In this document: positions 9,909 through 19,979 of the stretch, piece after piece
Position numbering within the stretch: the first letter of the stretch is position 1
Layout: each line of letters starts with the position of its first letter
NCBI GenBank assembly: GCA_045125955.1
Contig: JBGVNV010000106.1
Span: 667-64,666 of the forward strand
From: Faecousia sp.
Lineage (GTDB): Bacteria; Bacillota; Clostridia; Oscillospirales; Oscillospiraceae
Reading direction: 5' to 3'
DNA: 64,000 bases
The notes under the pieces: model-generated
What the model saw: only the letters and a program-made list of their open reading frames with translations
Told to the model about the DNA's origin: nothing
Database searches by the model: none
Position numbers and translations under genes: made by a program

Positions 9909-9920
9909 GGAGGAAATGTT

Positions 9921-10232
9921 ATGCTGTTGGTATCCATCAATCACATCCCCGGCAAGGATTTCGAGGTCCTGGGCATGGTCAAGGGCTGTGTGGTCCAGTC
10001 CAAGAATTTCGGTAAGGATTTCATGGCCGGCATGAAGACCCTGGTGGGCGGCGAGATCAAGGGCTACACCGAGATGCTGGTGGAGGCCCGCCAGATCGCC
10101 ACCAAGCGCATGGTGGACGAGGCCAATGCCCTGGGGGCTGATGCCGTTGTGGGCGTCACCTACGGCTCCTCTGCGGTCATGCAGGGCGCAGCCGAGGTCA
10201 TTGCCTATGGCACTGCGGTAAAATTCCGCTGA
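9921..10232 (+). CDS. YbjQ/UPF0145 family protein
   Basis: 103 aa: GKDFEVLGMV...GGEIKGYTEML..AR..A...M...A..LGADAVVGV. Confidence 0.85.
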   Translation: MLLVSINHIPGKDFEVLGMVKGCVVQSKNFGKDFMAGMKTLVGGEIKGYTEMLVEARQIATKRMVDEANALGADAVVGVTYGSSAVMQGAAEVIAYGTAVKFR

Positions 10233-10240
10233 ACCCGATG

Positions 10241-10275
10241 AAAAAAGCTCCCGACCATTGGTCGGGAGCTTTTTG
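10241..10275. terminator. bidirectional terminator
   Basis: aaaaaagctcccgacc-att-ggtcgggagcttttt. Confidence 0.65.
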
Positions 10276-11316
10276 TCAGTTGATGGCCCGCTTGGCACCC
10301 AGGTAGCGGTTTGCATACCAGTCGTGGTCGATATCGGTGACGATAACGCCCTTGCGGGAGTTGGCGGCGTGGACGAACTGGCCGTCTCCAATGTAGATGC
10401 CCACATGGAAGATGCCGCCGGAACGGCCGTTATTGGAGAAGAAGAGCAGATCGCCGGGGAGCAGGTCGGCCTTCTTGATGGTACCGTCCAGAATGGACCA
10501 CTGGTTTCTTGCACCGGGCTTCAGGCTGTAGCCGAAGTTCTTGTAGACGTAGTAGACAAAGCCGGAGCAGTCAAATTTATTGGGGCCCTGACCGCCGCGG
10601 ACATAGCGGCAGCCGACATAGTTCAGGGCGAACTCCGCGACCTCCTCACCGAGATAACGGTTGGGCTCTACGGGGTTTCGCTCCCACTCGCTGTAGAAGC
10701 TCATGACGCCGTCCAGGATGACGACGGCCTCCTCGGCGGTGATGGGGCGGGTGGGCTCCAGGGCGGAATCCGCATCGATGGCACCGGTGAAGATCAGAAC
10801 CTGGGCGGGCTGGATGGCGTAGTCCATCAGCTCGTCGGCATCCGCGCTCAGTTCCACGGAAATGTCATCGCTGTAGGGGTAGCCCAGAGCTTCCAGAAGC
10901 ATGGCTGCGGTGGTGAAGAAATCCTGCCGGGGCACAATATCGTTCGGTGCGAAAATACCGGCAAGCTTGGGCGCGACAAAGCCCATGGTGCAGGCGTGGA
11001 GCACATCGGTATCGGTGGTATCCAGGAACTGGCCCACAGGCTCGCCCAGGTCCTCGTCGGCGATGCCGGTCACGGAACGATAGGCGTTCATGACCATGCC
11101 GCAGAGGTCCTCGCGGGTCAGGGGAGCGGAAGCGGTGCGCAGCCGTGCACTTGCGGGAACAAGGGTGTCAACGGTATGGACTTCCATGGAAGTCCAGCTT
11201 TCGGTGATATCGGCGGGGGCGGCATCCAGCTCTGTACCGCAGACGGCAGGAATGGTGGTCAAAATGATTGCGGCGGCACTGGCCAGGGCCAGCATCCGCT
11301 TGGCAAAAGGTTTCAT
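10276..11316 (-). CDS. secreted NlpC/P60-family peptidoglycan endopeptidase
   Basis: Signal peptide, and a C-terminal NlpC/P60 core (FDCSGFVYYVY...HVGIYIGDGQFVHA). Confidence 0.85.
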   Translation of the reverse strand: MKPFAKRMLALASAAAIILTTIPAVCGTELDAAPADITESWTSMEVHTVDTLVPASARLRTASAPLTREDLCGMVMNAYRSVTGIADEDLGEPVGQFLDTTDTDVLHACTMGFVAPKLAGIFAPNDIVPRQDFFTTAAMLLEALGYPYSDDISVELSADADELMDYAIQPAQVLIFTGAIDADSALEPTRPITAEEAVVILDGVMSFYSEWERNPVEPNRYLGEEVAEFALNYVGCRYVRGGQGPNKFDCSGFVYYVYKNFGYSLKPGARNQWSILDGTIKKADLLPGDLLFFSNNGRSGGIFHVGIYIGDGQFVHAANSRKGVIVTDIDHDWYANRYLGAKRAIN

Positions 11317-11321
11317 GGTAT

Positions 11322-12083
11322 TTAATCCTCCAAATCGATCTCCAGGCCCACGGGACAGTGGTCCGAGCCCAGGATCTCATGATATATCGGCGTTCCGGTG
11401 ATCTTGTCGCGAATCCGGTCGGATACAAGGAAGTAGTCGATGCGCCATCCGGCGTTGTTCTGCCGGGCCTTGTACATGTAGCTCCACCAGGTATAGCAGC
11501 CGGTGGCATCCGGGTTGCGGAAGCGGAAGGAATCGGTGAAGCCCGCGTCCAGGAGCTTGGTGAAGCTCTCACGCTCTTCATCAGAGAAGCCTGCGTTGCC
11601 CCGGTTGGAGCCGGGATTCTTCAGGTCGATCTCCTTATGGGCCACATTCAGATCTCCGCAGACAATCACGGGCTTGTGCTGATCCAGTTCGGTCAGGAAG
11701 CTGCGGAATGCCTCGTCCCAGCGCATTCTGTGGTCCAGCCGGGCCAGACCCCGCTGTGCGTTGGGCGTGTAGCAGGTCACAAGGTAGAAGCCCGGGTACT
11801 CGGCGGTGATGACGCGGCCCTCGGTGTCCAGCTCGGGAACGCCGATGCCGTTGGTGATGGTGAGGGGCTGTTCCTTGCTGAACAGCGCGGTGCCGGAGTA
11901 GCCCTTCTTCTCGGCGGAGTACCAGAATTGCTCATAGCCGGGAAGGTCCAGGTCGATCTGACCGGGCTGGAGCTTCGTCTCCTGAAGACAGAAGCAGTCC
12001 GCGTCTACATCGCGGAAAAAGTCCAGAAAACCCTTCTGAACACAGGCTCTAAGGCCGTTTACGTTCCAGGAAATCAGTCGCAT
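11322..12083 (-). CDS. xth: exodeoxyribonuclease III
   Basis: MRLISWNVNGLRA...LQETK...SDHCPV. Start at the internal ATG preceded by AAGGAGG. Confidence 0.9.
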   Translation of the reverse strand: MRLISWNVNGLRACVQKGFLDFFRDVDADCFCLQETKLQPGQIDLDLPGYEQFWYSAEKKGYSGTALFSKEQPLTITNGIGVPELDTEGRVITAEYPGFYLVTCYTPNAQRGLARLDHRMRWDEAFRSFLTELDQHKPVIVCGDLNVAHKEIDLKNPGSNRGNAGFSDEERESFTKLLDAGFTDSFRFRNPDATGCYTWWSYMYKARQNNAGWRIDYFLVSDRIRDKITGTPIYHEILGSDHCPVGLEIDLED

Positions 12084-12235
12084 GGGGAAACCTCCTTGTG
12101 AATTGCTCCCGCGCATTATAACAAATGGTTACAATAATTGCAAGCCTTTTTTACTGAATAGTTACATTCTGTAATAATGTTTGTTAAAATGAAACGACTC
12201 CGACGGATGCGTTTTCCGTCGGAGTCGTCATTGTG

Positions 12236-13549
12236 TCACAAAAACCAGGTGTCGATCGGGGTCAAAATCCCGTTCCAGGTGCCCTCAAATTCGGCGGGGA
12301 CAGAGCCGTTGACGAGAATTTTCACGCCATTTACACCCTCGATGGCGCAGAGGGACGCCACCAGAACCCGGTTGGACCAGTCCAGGTTTTCCGGCTGGTT
12401 CAGGTATTCGCCGCTCAGGTCCACGGTGCAGATGCCGTCGTCCACCTTCGCGGAAAGGAGCCTGGTCCCCGGGCTGATGCAGCTGCGGATGCCGTTGGTG
12501 CCGGGGTCGGAAAGCAGGCTCTTGACCACCAATTCAGGGATGGTGGAGGAGGCACCGGGGCGGAGCCGCGCGGGAATGGGGACCAACAGGCCCTCACTGC
12601 CGTGGACCAGATAGAGGACCGCTTCGATCTCGCCCAGAGCCGTTCGCACGGGTCCCACACACCGCTCATCCATCACCAGCGGCCCCGGAATGGACAGGGC
12701 ACCGTAGCGGATCAGAAGCTTTCCCTCCACGGTGATCTCCACCCGGTCGATCTCCTCCAGAGCGGTCATGGTGTTGACGATGCTCAGCAGGCTCAGGCTC
12801 TGGGCGGACATGGAATAGAACCGGCGGCTGTCGAATTCCTCGCTGACATCCACGGTGCAAAGACCGTTCTCCACGGTGACAGAGTTGAAATAGGTGCCGG
12901 AGGGCAGGGCAGAGCGCAATGTGGTCCCGGCGGGGGGCGTCAGAAGCTGCTCCAGCAGGTACATGGGCAGCTCCTCTGGGGCCGTATGCCGGAGGGAGAT
13001 GGTCTCCTTTATGAGATACCGCCGGTCCGGGGAGGCATAGTAGACGGGGAACTCCGCATGGAGCAGATCCAGGTTGTCGTCCTGGAAATTCAGGTCCTCC
13101 AGGGTGACACGCAGGGAGGTTTCGCCGTTGAGAAACCCGCCGTCGGCGGTGAGGACCAGGGTGGTGGCCCCGGTCAGGGGCAGGAAGGTTCGGGCAAGAC
13201 ACCCGGCGGCCACCGTCAGCTCCACACCGGTGAGCTCGGACAGGCTGTCGTTGAACCGCAGGGTCAGCACCTGATTGTAGAGGGTGTGACCCAGCACGGC
13301 AGCATCGGAAGGCAGGGGACTTTCCAGAGCAGGATCCCTGGGTCCCTCGCAGTAGAGGGAAAGCAGGGTTTTCAGGTCATCGGAGATTCCCGCCAGCTCC
13401 CGCGTTTCCGGGGCCACCACGCCCTCGCTGCCCCGGTAGGCGGTGTCGGTGCGGTGGTAATAGAAGATGCCGGGCTCCGTAAAGCTGGGCCTTGCGCAGC
13501 CGGTGAACAGGAGGCTCAGGCAGAGCAGCAGGAGAATGGCTCGTTTCAT
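12236..13549 (-). CDS. GerM-domain lipoprotein
   Basis: Lipobox LLFTGC, and repeated GerM-like segments (LSGEY/VSEEF ... N.V. L.). Confidence 0.75.
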   Translation of the reverse strand: MKRAILLLLCLSLLFTGCARPSFTEPGIFYYHRTDTAYRGSEGVVAPETRELAGISDDLKTLLSLYCEGPRDPALESPLPSDAAVLGHTLYNQVLTLRFNDSLSELTGVELTVAAGCLARTFLPLTGATTLVLTADGGFLNGETSLRVTLEDLNFQDDNLDLLHAEFPVYYASPDRRYLIKETISLRHTAPEELPMYLLEQLLTPPAGTTLRSALPSGTYFNSVTVENGLCTVDVSEEFDSRRFYSMSAQSLSLLSIVNTMTALEEIDRVEITVEGKLLIRYGALSIPGPLVMDERCVGPVRTALGEIEAVLYLVHGSEGLLVPIPARLRPGASSTIPELVVKSLLSDPGTNGIRSCISPGTRLLSAKVDDGICTVDLSGEYLNQPENLDWSNRVLVASLCAIEGVNGVKILVNGSVPAEFEGTWNGILTPIDTWFL

Positions 13550-14982
13550 TCCGTCACCTCCATATCAAATGCCGGGAAGACCAGGGTGAAGACCGTGCCC
13601 GTGGGAGGCGCGTCGGAGCTGTTGACGGCGATGGTGCCGTGGTTGCGCTCCACCATCTCCTTGACGATGGCAAGACCCAGGCCGCTGCCGCCGCTCTGGC
13701 GGGACCGGGCCTTGTCCACCCGGTAGAAGCGGTCAAAAATTTTATCGATGGAATCGGCGGGGATGCCCATGCCGGTATCCCGGATGGTCAGCACCGCCTT
13801 GTCCGCCATCCGGGTCAGCCGGATGGTCAGGGTGCCGCCGGGGAGATTGTACTTGATGCCGTTTTCCACCAGATTGAAGATGATCTGATAGAGGTCGTCT
13901 TCCATAATTAAAATAGAAGAGTCCCGAACGATCTCTGTCCGCAGCTCCACGCAGGCCATGTCCGCGATGGTGGAGAGCATCCGCCGGACACGCTCGATGG
14001 TGGGGCGGAAATAGGTGATCTCGCAGTCGCTGCCGGTCTCCGGGTGGAATTTGGTCAGGGACAGGAGCTTGCCGCTCATGCGGGTGAGCCGGTCGGCTTC
14101 GTCGCCGATGTCCGCCACGAACTCCCGGACGGTGTCCACATCCATGTCGTTCTGCAAAATGGAGTCTGACAGAAGCTTGATGGAGGCCAGGGGCGTTTTC
14201 AGCTCATGGGAGGCATCGGAGACAAACTGCCGGCGCATCTCCTCGGACTGGCAGAGCCTGTCCGTCAGGTCGTTGAATTCCTGGGCCAGGACCGTCAGCT
14301 CGTCGTGACCACCGAGCCGGACCTTGTGGGAGTAGTCGCCCTCCCGGATGACCCGGATGGAGGCCATAATCTGCCGCAGGCGGCGGGTAAAGATGTTGGA
14401 ATTGATGATGCTGAACGCGGCCACGATGCCGATGACGATCAGGGAAACGGTCAGAATGTTCATCTGCAGATTGTGGATGAGCTGTCCCTGGGCCGTGTCG
14501 TATTCCAGAATGTAGGCACAGCCGGTGAGCTTGCCATAGCTCAGAATGGGGGCCGCGGCCCGGGAGGTCATGACACCGTCCCGGTAGTCGATGGTGATGA
14601 CATCGTTGCCCCGGAGGGCCTGGACCACTTCGGGGAAGAGGCAGTATTGGATGTTGTCCCCGGCGGAGTCATAGAGGGTCCGGCCCGCATCGTCGGTGAC
14701 CACCAGCCGGGCGGTCTTCAGATTGCCCAGAGTCCCCACGGCGGAACGGGCCGTGTCTGGGTTCAGGACCTCCTCCTGACCCAGGGCAGAGGAGACATGG
14801 AGGAGCTTGTCCATCATGGCCGTGTGCTTGCTGCGGTAGAAGAGCTGCTGGCTGGTCCAGGAGCAGTAGAAGTTCAGAAACAGCATGACGATCACGGTCA
14901 GTGCGATGTAGACCACCGCATAGCGCAGCTGGTTGCTGCCGTAGCGCAGTTTGCGCGGTTTATTTCTTGAAATAATAGCCAA
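13546..14982 (-). CDS. sensor histidine kinase (HAMP-HisKA-HATPase)
   Basis: H-box SDASHELKTPL, N-box NLVENGIKY, G-boxes RDTGMGI and GGSGLGLAIV. Confidence 0.85.
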   Translation of the reverse strand: MAIISRNKPRKLRYGSNQLRYAVVYIALTVIVMLFLNFYCSWTSQQLFYRSKHTAMMDKLLHVSSALGQEEVLNPDTARSAVGTLGNLKTARLVVTDDAGRTLYDSAGDNIQYCLFPEVVQALRGNDVITIDYRDGVMTSRAAAPILSYGKLTGCAYILEYDTAQGQLIHNLQMNILTVSLIVIGIVAAFSIINSNIFTRRLRQIMASIRVIREGDYSHKVRLGGHDELTVLAQEFNDLTDRLCQSEEMRRQFVSDASHELKTPLASIKLLSDSILQNDMDVDTVREFVADIGDEADRLTRMSGKLLSLTKFHPETGSDCEITYFRPTIERVRRMLSTIADMACVELRTEIVRDSSILIMEDDLYQIIFNLVENGIKYNLPGGTLTIRLTRMADKAVLTIRDTGMGIPADSIDKIFDRFYRVDKARSRQSGGSGLGLAIVKEMVERNHGTIAVNSSDAPPTGTVFTLVFPAFDMEVTE

Positions 14983-15646
14983 CGCCCCACTTCGTCATAA
15001 TGTGTTTCGGCTCTGCGGGATTCTCCTCCAGCTTTTCCCGCAGACGGCGGATGTGGACATCCACGGTCCGGATGTCCGAACGGTATTCGTAAGCCCAGAT
15101 GGTATCCAGCAGATTTTCCCGGGAGTAGACCCGGTTGGGATTGCGCATGAGGAACTCGATGACGTCGAATTCCTTGGCGGTCAGGTCTGCCGGCTCCGTG
15201 CCCTTGTAGGCGTTTCGTCCGTCCAGGTCCAGGCGTATGTGGCCGCCCACCAGCTCGTTTTTCGGCTCCTCCTTCTTGGCGGGGCTGCCGCTGCGGCGCA
15301 GGAGGGCCCGGATGCGGGCCTTCAGCTCCAGAATGTTGAATGGCTTGGTCAGATAGTCGTCCGCGCCCTGGTCGAAGCCCAGGAGCTTGTCCATATCCTC
15401 GGCCTTGGCGGTCAGCAGGATGATGGGCACATCGGAAAACTCCCGGATCTTGGAGCAGGCTCCCAGGCCGTCCAGCCGGGGCATCATCACATCCAGCACG
15501 ATCAGGTCCGGGTCCTGGCTCCGGGCCAGCTCCACAGCCTGAACGCCGTCGGAGCCGGTGATGACCTCGTAGCCGTCATTTTGCAGGTTGAATCGGATGC
15601 CCTTGACCAGCAGGGCCTCGTCATCCACAACAAGGATCTTTTTCAT
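14960..15646 (-). CDS. OmpR-family response regulator
   Basis: Receiver (ILVVDDE, LIVLDVMMP, ILLTAK) plus a winged-helix output domain (LTAKEFDVIEFL). Confidence 0.9.
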   Translation of the reverse strand: MKKILVVDDEALLVKGIRFNLQNDGYEVITGSDGVQAVELARSQDPDLIVLDVMMPRLDGLGACSKIREFSDVPIILLTAKAEDMDKLLGFDQGADDYLTKPFNILELKARIRALLRRSGSPAKKEEPKNELVGGHIRLDLDGRNAYKGTEPADLTAKEFDVIEFLMRNPNRVYSRENLLDTIWAYEYRSDIRTVDVHIRRLREKLEENPAEPKHIMTKWGVGYYFKK

Positions 15647-15657
15647 AAAATAACCTC

Positions 15658-16140
15658 CTATACGGTGGCGTAGGGTTTGATTTTTGCCAGGGTCTTCTCG
15701 CCGATGCCCTTGACCTTGATGAGGTCGTCGACACTTTGGAAGGGACCGTTGGCATTTCGGTAGTCGATGATCCGCTGGGCCAGGACTTCGCCGATGCCGG
15801 GCAGAGCGTCCAGCTCCTTTGCCGAAGCGGTATTGATGTTCACGGGGAAGGTGACTTCCTCCTTCTTCGGCTTGGTCTCTTTGGGCTTGTCCGTCTGGGT
15901 GGAGGGATTCGACCGGGAGGGGATGGTCTCTTCGGGTTCTGTGGCTGCGGAGGTTTCCGGCGGCAGGGTCACCAGGACCTCCTGCATGAGGATCACCGTC
16001 TCGCCGGGGACGGTTTCGTAGACGGTCTTCGTGGTCTGGATGGTCCCGACGCGGGTGTTGCGCCCAAGGAAGAATCCGCCGGTAAAGCCGCCGAAGAGGA
16101 GCACCAGGGCGGCGAGGATGGCGGTTGTCTTATTTTTCAC
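15658..16140 (-). CDS. comEA: ComEA-family helix-hairpin-helix DNA-binding protein
   Basis: TM anchor plus [32 protein letters not shown] 16140 follows AAAGGAGGGG (the ORF track starts at 16158). Confidence 0.8.
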   Translation of the reverse strand: MKNKTTAILAALVLLFGGFTGGFFLGRNTRVGTIQTTKTVYETVPGETVILMQEVLVTLPPETSAATEPEETIPSRSNPSTQTDKPKETKPKKEEVTFPVNINTASAKELDALPGIGEVLAQRIIDYRNANGPFQSVDDLIKVKGIGEKTLAKIKPYATV

Positions 16141-16157
16141 GGCTGCCCCTCCTTTCA

Positions 16158-16186
16158 TTGACTAGGGGCGGAATCGATGCTATAAT
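16158..16186 (+). promoter_or_regulatory. sigma-A-type promoter about 100 nt upstream of the dacB-like gene
   Basis: TTGACT, 17 nt, TATAAT. Confidence 0.5.
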
Positions 16187-16286
16187 ATTATGGTATCTTC
16201 GGGGACTTCTCAGGAAGGTTCGCCCCGTTTCGACCATTATACACAATTTTTGACAGCCGGACAAGTCCGGCGAGAGGATATTGGTG

Positions 16287-17804
16287 ATGTTTATGAAAAA
16301 ATTTCGTTTGCTGTCCGCGCTGACGGCCCTGATGCTCCTGGTCAGTGCCGCCGCCCCCGTCCGGGCCACTGAGTCCGACGTGCCTGAGACCTCCGCTCCC
16401 GTGGAGACCACCACGCCCCTGGAGACCACCATTCCCATCATCGAGACGGAGCCCACCATGCCCGTGGGCTTCCAGGGCGATGCCAGCGTGGAGTACGGTT
16501 CCCGGACGTTGGATGCAAAAAAGCCCCTGACGGGCACCGATGATTACAGCGGCAAGGTCAAGGCCGCGCTGCTCTACGATCTGGGCTCCGATACCCTGGT
16601 CTTCGGTCAGAATATCGACGAAAAGCTCTATCCTGCAAGCTTGACCAAGATCATGACCTGTCTGATGACCATTGAGATGCAGCCTGACCTGGATGTGATG
16701 GTCACCGTTACCAAGGCGGGCCTTGCGGACCAGGAGCCCGGCGGCTCCAATGTGGCCCTGAAGGTGGGCGAGGAGATGTCCGTCCGGGATCTGCTGTACT
16801 GCCTGATGGTCAAGTCCGGCAACGATGCGGCCTCCGTTCTGGCGGTCCACAACGCCGGCTCCATCGAAGCTTTCGTGGAGCTGATGAACCAGCGAGCCCA
16901 GGAGCTGGGCTGCACCGGCACCCATTACATGAATGCCCACGGCCTGCACCATGATGACCACTATACCACCGCCCGGGACATGGCAAAGATCGCCGCCGCG
17001 GCCATGCAGTACCCTATTTTTGAGGAGATCTTCACCACCACCGAGTATACCGTCCCCGCCACCAACCTCTCCGAGGCCCGGGAGCTGAAGACCACGAACT
17101 TCCTCATCCGCAGCAACGGCTATCCCAATGTGGTGGATTCCCGGGTCCTGGGCGGCAAGACCGGCAACACCAGCAAGGCGGGCCGGTGTCTGGTGGCTCT
17201 GGCGGAGAAGAACGGCATGAAGCTTCTGAGCGTGGTGCTGGGTGCCAAGGCCACCTACGGTCCCGACGGCTACTCCTTCACCCGCTACGGCAATTTCGAG
17301 GAGACCTCCGGCCTCCTGAACTTTGCCTACAAGAATTTCACCACCATGCAGGTCCTGAATTCCACCCAGGTGGGTGCTCAGTTCGCCGTCAGCGGCGGCG
17401 ACCACAACGCCTTCGGCACCATTTCCCAGGAAATGAGCGCGGCGGTGCCCGTGGATGCGAATTTTGAGACCATCCGTTACGATTATACCCTGGTGGAGGG
17501 CGGTCTGACCGCGCCCATCAGCAAGGGCGACAAGATCGGCACCGTCCGGGTCTGGTACGGGGATACCTGCCTGGCCCAGCAGGATCTGCTGAGTGCCTCC
17601 GATGTGGCCCAGGCGAAGAAGTCCGGCTCCGGCAGCAAGCAGGAGGGCGACGACTCTCTGGACCTGTGGAACGGCATTTTGAAGATCGTTCTGGGTGTGG
17701 TTGCGGGCCTGTTCGTGCTGGTCGTGACCCTTCGCATCGTCAATACCGTCCGCTACCGCAACAGAAAGAAGCGCAAGGCTGCCGCCAAGAGAAGGAGACG
17801 CTGA
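16287..17804 (+). CDS. D-alanyl-D-alanine carboxypeptidase (S11, PBP5-type)
   Basis: SLTK (SxxK), SGND (SxN) and KTGNT (KTG) motifs, signal peptide, C-terminal TM and a basic tail. The start is ambiguous among 16281, 16287 and 16293. Confidence 0.85.
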   Translation: MFMKKFRLLSALTALMLLVSAAAPVRATESDVPETSAPVETTTPLETTIPIIETEPTMPVGFQGDASVEYGSRTLDAKKPLTGTDDYSGKVKAALLYDLGSDTLVFGQNIDEKLYPASLTKIMTCLMTIEMQPDLDVMVTVTKAGLADQEPGGSNVALKVGEEMSVRDLLYCLMVKSGNDAASVLAVHNAGSIEAFVELMNQRAQELGCTGTHYMNAHGLHHDDHYTTARDMAKIAAAAMQYPIFEEIFTTTEYTVPATNLSEARELKTTNFLIRSNGYPNVVDSRVLGGKTGNTSKAGRCLVALAEKNGMKLLSVVLGAKATYGPDGYSFTRYGNFEETSGLLNFAYKNFTTMQVLNSTQVGAQFAVSGGDHNAFGTISQEMSAAVPVDANFETIRYDYTLVEGGLTAPISKGDKIGTVRVWYGDTCLAQQDLLSASDVAQAKKSGSGSKQEGDDSLDLWNGILKIVLGVVAGLFVLVVTLRIVNTVRYRNRKKRKAAAKRRRR

Positions 17805-17805
17805 T

Positions 17806-18366
17806 ATGCAGACCTGGGAACAACTGGAGCAAAGCTGCCTGAGCTGCACCGGCTGCGGCCTGTGCGAGACCCGGCATAACGTGGTCTTCGGCGTGGGCCG
17901 GCGGGATACGGATGTGCTCTTCGTGGGCGAGGGCCCCGGCGAGCAGGAGGACCTCCAGGGCGAGCCCTTCGTGGGCCCCGCGGGAAAGCTCCTGGACGAT
18001 ATGCTGTCCATCCTGGACCTGGACCGAAATGCCAACTGCTACATCGCCAATATCGTCAAGTGCCGCCCGCCCCGGAACCGGGATCCCCTGGAGACGGAGC
18101 AGGAGGCCTGCATCGGGTTTCTTCGCAATCAGGTGGCCCTGATCCAGCCGAAGATCATCGTGTGTCTGGGCCGAATCGCCGCGAAGAAGCTCATCGACCC
18201 GGATTTTCGCATCACCCGCCAGCATGGCCAGTGGTTCAGGCGGGGGGATTTCTGGATGATGGCAACGTTCCATCCCAGTGCCCTCCTGCGGGATGTGAGC
18301 AAGCGGCCCGAGGCCTTTGATGACCTTATGAGCCTGCGCGGGAAGATGAAGGAGCTGGGGCTGTGA
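17806..18366 (+). CDS. uracil-DNA glycosylase, family 4
   Basis: CxxCxLC Fe-S Cys motif, GEGPGEQED, and HPSALLR. Confidence 0.85.
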   Translation: MQTWEQLEQSCLSCTGCGLCETRHNVVFGVGRRDTDVLFVGEGPGEQEDLQGEPFVGPAGKLLDDMLSILDLDRNANCYIANIVKCRPPRNRDPLETEQEACIGFLRNQVALIQPKIIVCLGRIAAKKLIDPDFRITRQHGQWFRRGDFWMMATFHPSALLRDVSKRPEAFDDLMSLRGKMKELGL

Positions 18367-18818
18367 AGTATCAAAACATCGACGACCTGCCCCGAAAGCA
18401 CAAACGCGGGGCCGAGGGATACGAATTCATCCGCCGGGATTTCCTGGCGGTCCACGAGGCCAATACGCTGGTCCGGGTCTACGAGCTCCCGCCGGGAAAG
18501 TCGGCGTATCCGTACCACTACCACCTGAAAAATGAGGAGACCTTCTTCATTCTGCGGGGCGAGGGCCTGCTTCGCACCCCGGAGGGGGAGCGGGCGGTCA
18601 AAGCGGGGGACCTGTTATTCTTCCCCGCCGGAGAGAACGGAGCCCACAAGCTGACCAATACCTCGGAAACGGAAATGCTGGTCTATCTGGATTTTGATAT
18701 CGTCCACGATCTGGATGTGACCATGTACCCCGATTCCGGCAAAATCGGCATCTGGGGCATGGATACCAACAAGATCTACCGCATCGGGGACGATGTGGAT
18801 TATTATGAAGGAGAATGA
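18363..18818 (+). CDS. cupin-domain protein
   Basis: YHYH..EETFFILRGEG...GD...FP.G..GAHKL is a cupin motif pair. GTG start overlaps the udg stop. Confidence 0.7.
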   Translation: MKYQNIDDLPRKHKRGAEGYEFIRRDFLAVHEANTLVRVYELPPGKSAYPYHYHLKNEETFFILRGEGLLRTPEGERAVKAGDLLFFPAGENGAHKLTNTSETEMLVYLDFDIVHDLDVTMYPDSGKIGIWGMDTNKIYRIGDDVDYYEGE

Positions 18819-18821
18819 GCG

Positions 18822-19148
18822 ATGACCGGTGAAGAATTTGTCCGCCTTTGCTTTGAAGAAAAGGAATCCATCCTGCGCGAATACTGCTCCCCGGAAACGG
18901 AATCGACCGTTGGTGCGATGGTCAGAGAGCTGGTCCGTGCCGGAGCGGATCAGGAGACGCTGCATAAGCTTCTGGATCTGGTGCTGACCGAGAACTGGTA
19001 CAGAATGCTCCTGGCCCTGGATGGAAGCGCATCCCTGGGCGGCGAGCAGATGACCTACGAGGTCCGGGACGAGGATGGCAATATCCTGAACGAATGCGGC
19101 GAGCTGGAAGCCGCCGCATGGGAAGTGTTCATGGAAAATGATGATTGA
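18822..19148 (+). CDS. hypothetical acidic protein
   Basis: 108-aa ORF with native codon usage, 3 nt after the preceding gene. Confidence 0.5.
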   Translation: MTGEEFVRLCFEEKESILREYCSPETESTVGAMVRELVRAGADQETLHKLLDLVLTENWYRMLLALDGSASLGGEQMTYEVRDEDGNILNECGELEAAAWEVFMENDD

Positions 19149-19153
19149 ATGAC

Positions 19154-19181
19154 AAAAACCTCCGCGTAAGCGGAGGTTTTT
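19154..19181. terminator. intrinsic terminator
   Basis: aaaaacctccgc-gtaa-gcggaggttttt. Confidence 0.65.
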
Positions 19182-19195
19182 AAGTTTCTGGGAAT

Positions 19196-19585
19196 TTACT
19201 CAATTCTTACTTTTGCATTTACGATATGGAATACCACAACAATGTCCTCATCCGTGGGATTTTCCATGGCGATACCAATTTTGTACCATGCTCCTTTTTC
19301 TGCATCAATCAGCATGGGTTCTCCCTTGGGGAAATTTGTACATTCATAGACATTCTCCTGCATTTCATCAACAGGCATTAATACGAATTCAGCATCTTCA
19401 GGCATATCGATGGACTTGATTTCCAATCGGCTCTTGTGGGAAGATATTTCTTCATCGGAGTAGATAAATTCACCCTGGCTTCCGGAAGGAACGACAATAC
19501 TGATCGCAAATTCAGATTGCATTGTACAACCAAACAAGCCAAGCACACAGCCCAATACGAAAACGAATGCGATCAATCTTTTCAT
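19196..19585 (-). CDS. small lipoprotein in a low-GC islet
   Basis: MKRLIAFVFVLGCVLGLFGC lipobox. The local sequence is markedly more AT-rich than its neighbours. Confidence 0.6.
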   Translation of the reverse strand: MKRLIAFVFVLGCVLGLFGCTMQSEFAISIVVPSGSQGEFIYSDEEISSHKSRLEIKSIDMPEDAEFVLMPVDEMQENVYECTNFPKGEPMLIDAEKGAWYKIGIAMENPTDEDIVVVFHIVNAKVRIE

Positions 19586-19725
19586 AAAATCACGCTCCCT
19601 TGCAAAATTCAAGTTTGTCTAACTGTTTACTTCATTTTATCACGAAGTCAAGATAAATGCAAGTACAGCCCCCGGCAGAGGTGTCTGCCGGGGGCTGTAA
19701 GCGTCTAAACATGTTCGGTCGTAAA

Positions 19726-19976
19726 CTGTAGGGCGGGCGGCATTGCCCCCGCCGACCATGCTGGATGTCCACATAGGTAACATTAGAAGGACCGACCGTA
19801 AGTTACCACGTCATTGCGAGGAGCGAAGCGACGTGGCAATCTCCCGGTAAACCGTACAGGCTGCAACGATGTACCAGGAGATTGCCACGCCCTTACGGGC
19901 TCGCAATGACGTGCTGACTTGTTGCACGCTCGGTCTTCGTAGGCGGTCGGCGTGGGCAGTGCCGCACGCCCTACTG
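19726..19976. mobile_element. composite MITE-like element with nested inverted repeats
   Basis: Outer 32-nt arms at 19726-19757 and 19945-19976 are 28/32 identical as an inverted repeat. Inner arms at 19810-19844 and 19877-19910 share GTCATTGCGAG...GTGGCAATCTCC. No coding capacity. Confidence 0.55.
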
Positions 19977-19979
19977 TTT

